Positions 62,731 to 64,000 of a DNA stretch of 64,000 nt are shown one piece after another. The stretch spans positions 26,874,678-26,938,677 of the forward strand of contig NC_068990.1 in the NCBI RefSeq assembly GCF_001194135.2, given 5' to 3'. The position numbers were made by a program, and so were the translations under genes. The notes under the pieces were generated by a model. That model searched no databases. It had not been told where the DNA came from and worked only from the letters and a program-made list of their open reading frames with translations. Origin of the DNA: Octopus bimaculoides. Taxonomy: Eukaryota. Positions within the stretch are counted from its first letter, which is position 1. Every line of letters starts with the position of its first letter.

Positions 62731-62957
62731 TCAAAACACTTCAGCTGAAACTATCTGCATTTTTTGTACAAACATTCTGTATCTACGTCTATATTCACAC
62801 ATTTTATTCATATTATTTCTCAGATGCAAGCATTTGATTTTGGGAGAATTTGGTTTCTATTTCTAATGAGACAAATGCTTGTGTTGAACGTCTCCTGTTG
62901 GCAATTGTCATCCTTATTTAATTCTCAAATGTTCATAGAAACCTGATTATTTATTAG

Positions 62958-63133
62958 GTTTACACACAATATCATTTACTTATGAACTCTTTGACATTCT
63001 GTCGTCACACAGTGAACTACGAACAGAAGTGTTCTTTACATCATACGCTCCCACGTCATCTGTTTTCTATAAATACAAAATTGTGATTCAGCTGAGAGAT
63101 CAAAAGATTCTAAATTTTACTGATGAAGTCTAA
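62958..63133 (+). CDS. Candidate terminal exon GLHTISFTYELFDILSSHSELRTEVFFTSYAPTSSVFYKYKIVIQLRDQKILNFTDEV*
   Basis: TATTTATTAG acceptor and 57 open codons with protein-like composition; a length that can arise by chance. Confidence 0.2.
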
Positions 63134-63494
63134 TGAGTTGGAAATGTATGAGTAATTGGTATAAATGAATAAATACAAGATAGATTAACCATGCCCTTGT
63201 TTGTTTGTTGTACAAATGTGTTTCTCAAGATTTTTAAACAAAATAAACTGTGACAAAAAAAAAATTATGTTAAAAAATTGGAGAAAACGAATGTTAAATA
63301 CAAATGATGAAACGAAGTAATTATGCTAGGTGAAAAACCAATTGTGCAAACTGTGAATATGTTTGAAGCAATAATGGATCTTAAACAGGTTATTTTAAAT
63401 ATGAAATTGTGGTTCTTAGTGATGCTAACCCTACAAAATAAATAGGAAAATTCTGTGCTAACAGACTCGTTTAATATTATATATACATGTTTTT

Positions 63495-63720
63495 ATATAT
63501 TATCTTTATTTAACATCTGCTTTCCAAGCTGGCATACATTGAACTGTTTGACAGGAGCTGGTAAAGCTGGGGGCTGTACCAGGCTCCATTATCTGCCCTG
63601 GTATGTTTTTTATGGCTGGATGCCCTTCTTAACATAACACTAATCACTTTATAGAATGTACTGGGTACTTTTTATGCAGCACCAGCACCTGTACTTTTTA
63701 TGTGGTACCAACACTGACAT
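63495..63720 (-). mobile_element. Old family R-like copy
   Basis: TTTAACATCTGCTTTCCA..GCTGGATGCCCTTC.. Confidence 0.6.
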
Positions 63721-63727
63721 CAATTCT

Positions 63728-63758
<31 letters not shown>

Positions 63759-64000
63759 GTACATATGTGTCTTTCTGTTTCCCATACTGGCATGAACATA
63801 TATATATATATATATATATATGCATGTGTCTGTATATTATATAAATATATATTTGTGTATGCATACATATATATATATTACATATATATATACATATCAT
63901 CATCATCATCATCATCGTTTAACGTCCGCTTTCCATGCTAGCATGGGTTTATATATATGTATATTTATATATGTATGTATATATATGTATATATATATAT

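Overview
Animal draft-assembly DNA that is AT-rich, saturated with microsatellites and broken by 16 N-gaps, most of them bordered by simple repeats. The repeat families look like those of an octopus (coleoid cephalopod); this is an inference from recalled SINE sequences, not a search result. I could not identify any host gene with confidence, only a few isolated candidate exons. The interpretable content is transposable elements. These are a 5'-truncated Penelope-like element (RT plus C-terminal GIY-YIG), two decayed mariners, an internally deleted Tc1 with intact TIRs, a Tc1 DDE fragment, two RTE LINE 3' ends, a Gypsy integrase remnant and a piggyBac-like TTAA MITE. There are also about 50 copies of several SINE-like families, given working labels A, B, C, D, R and H. 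The most interesting signal is a high density of type I hammerhead-ribozyme-like motifs from several unrelated sequence families. One of them sits in a repeated composite element (family H): tRNA-like Pol III head, then (AAT)n, then a Penelope-terminus-like hammerhead body, often in inverted pairs. It is a candidate Penelope-mobilised SINE or retrozyme. The window also holds many long inverted repeats. Coordinates were read by eye and are approximate to a few bases.
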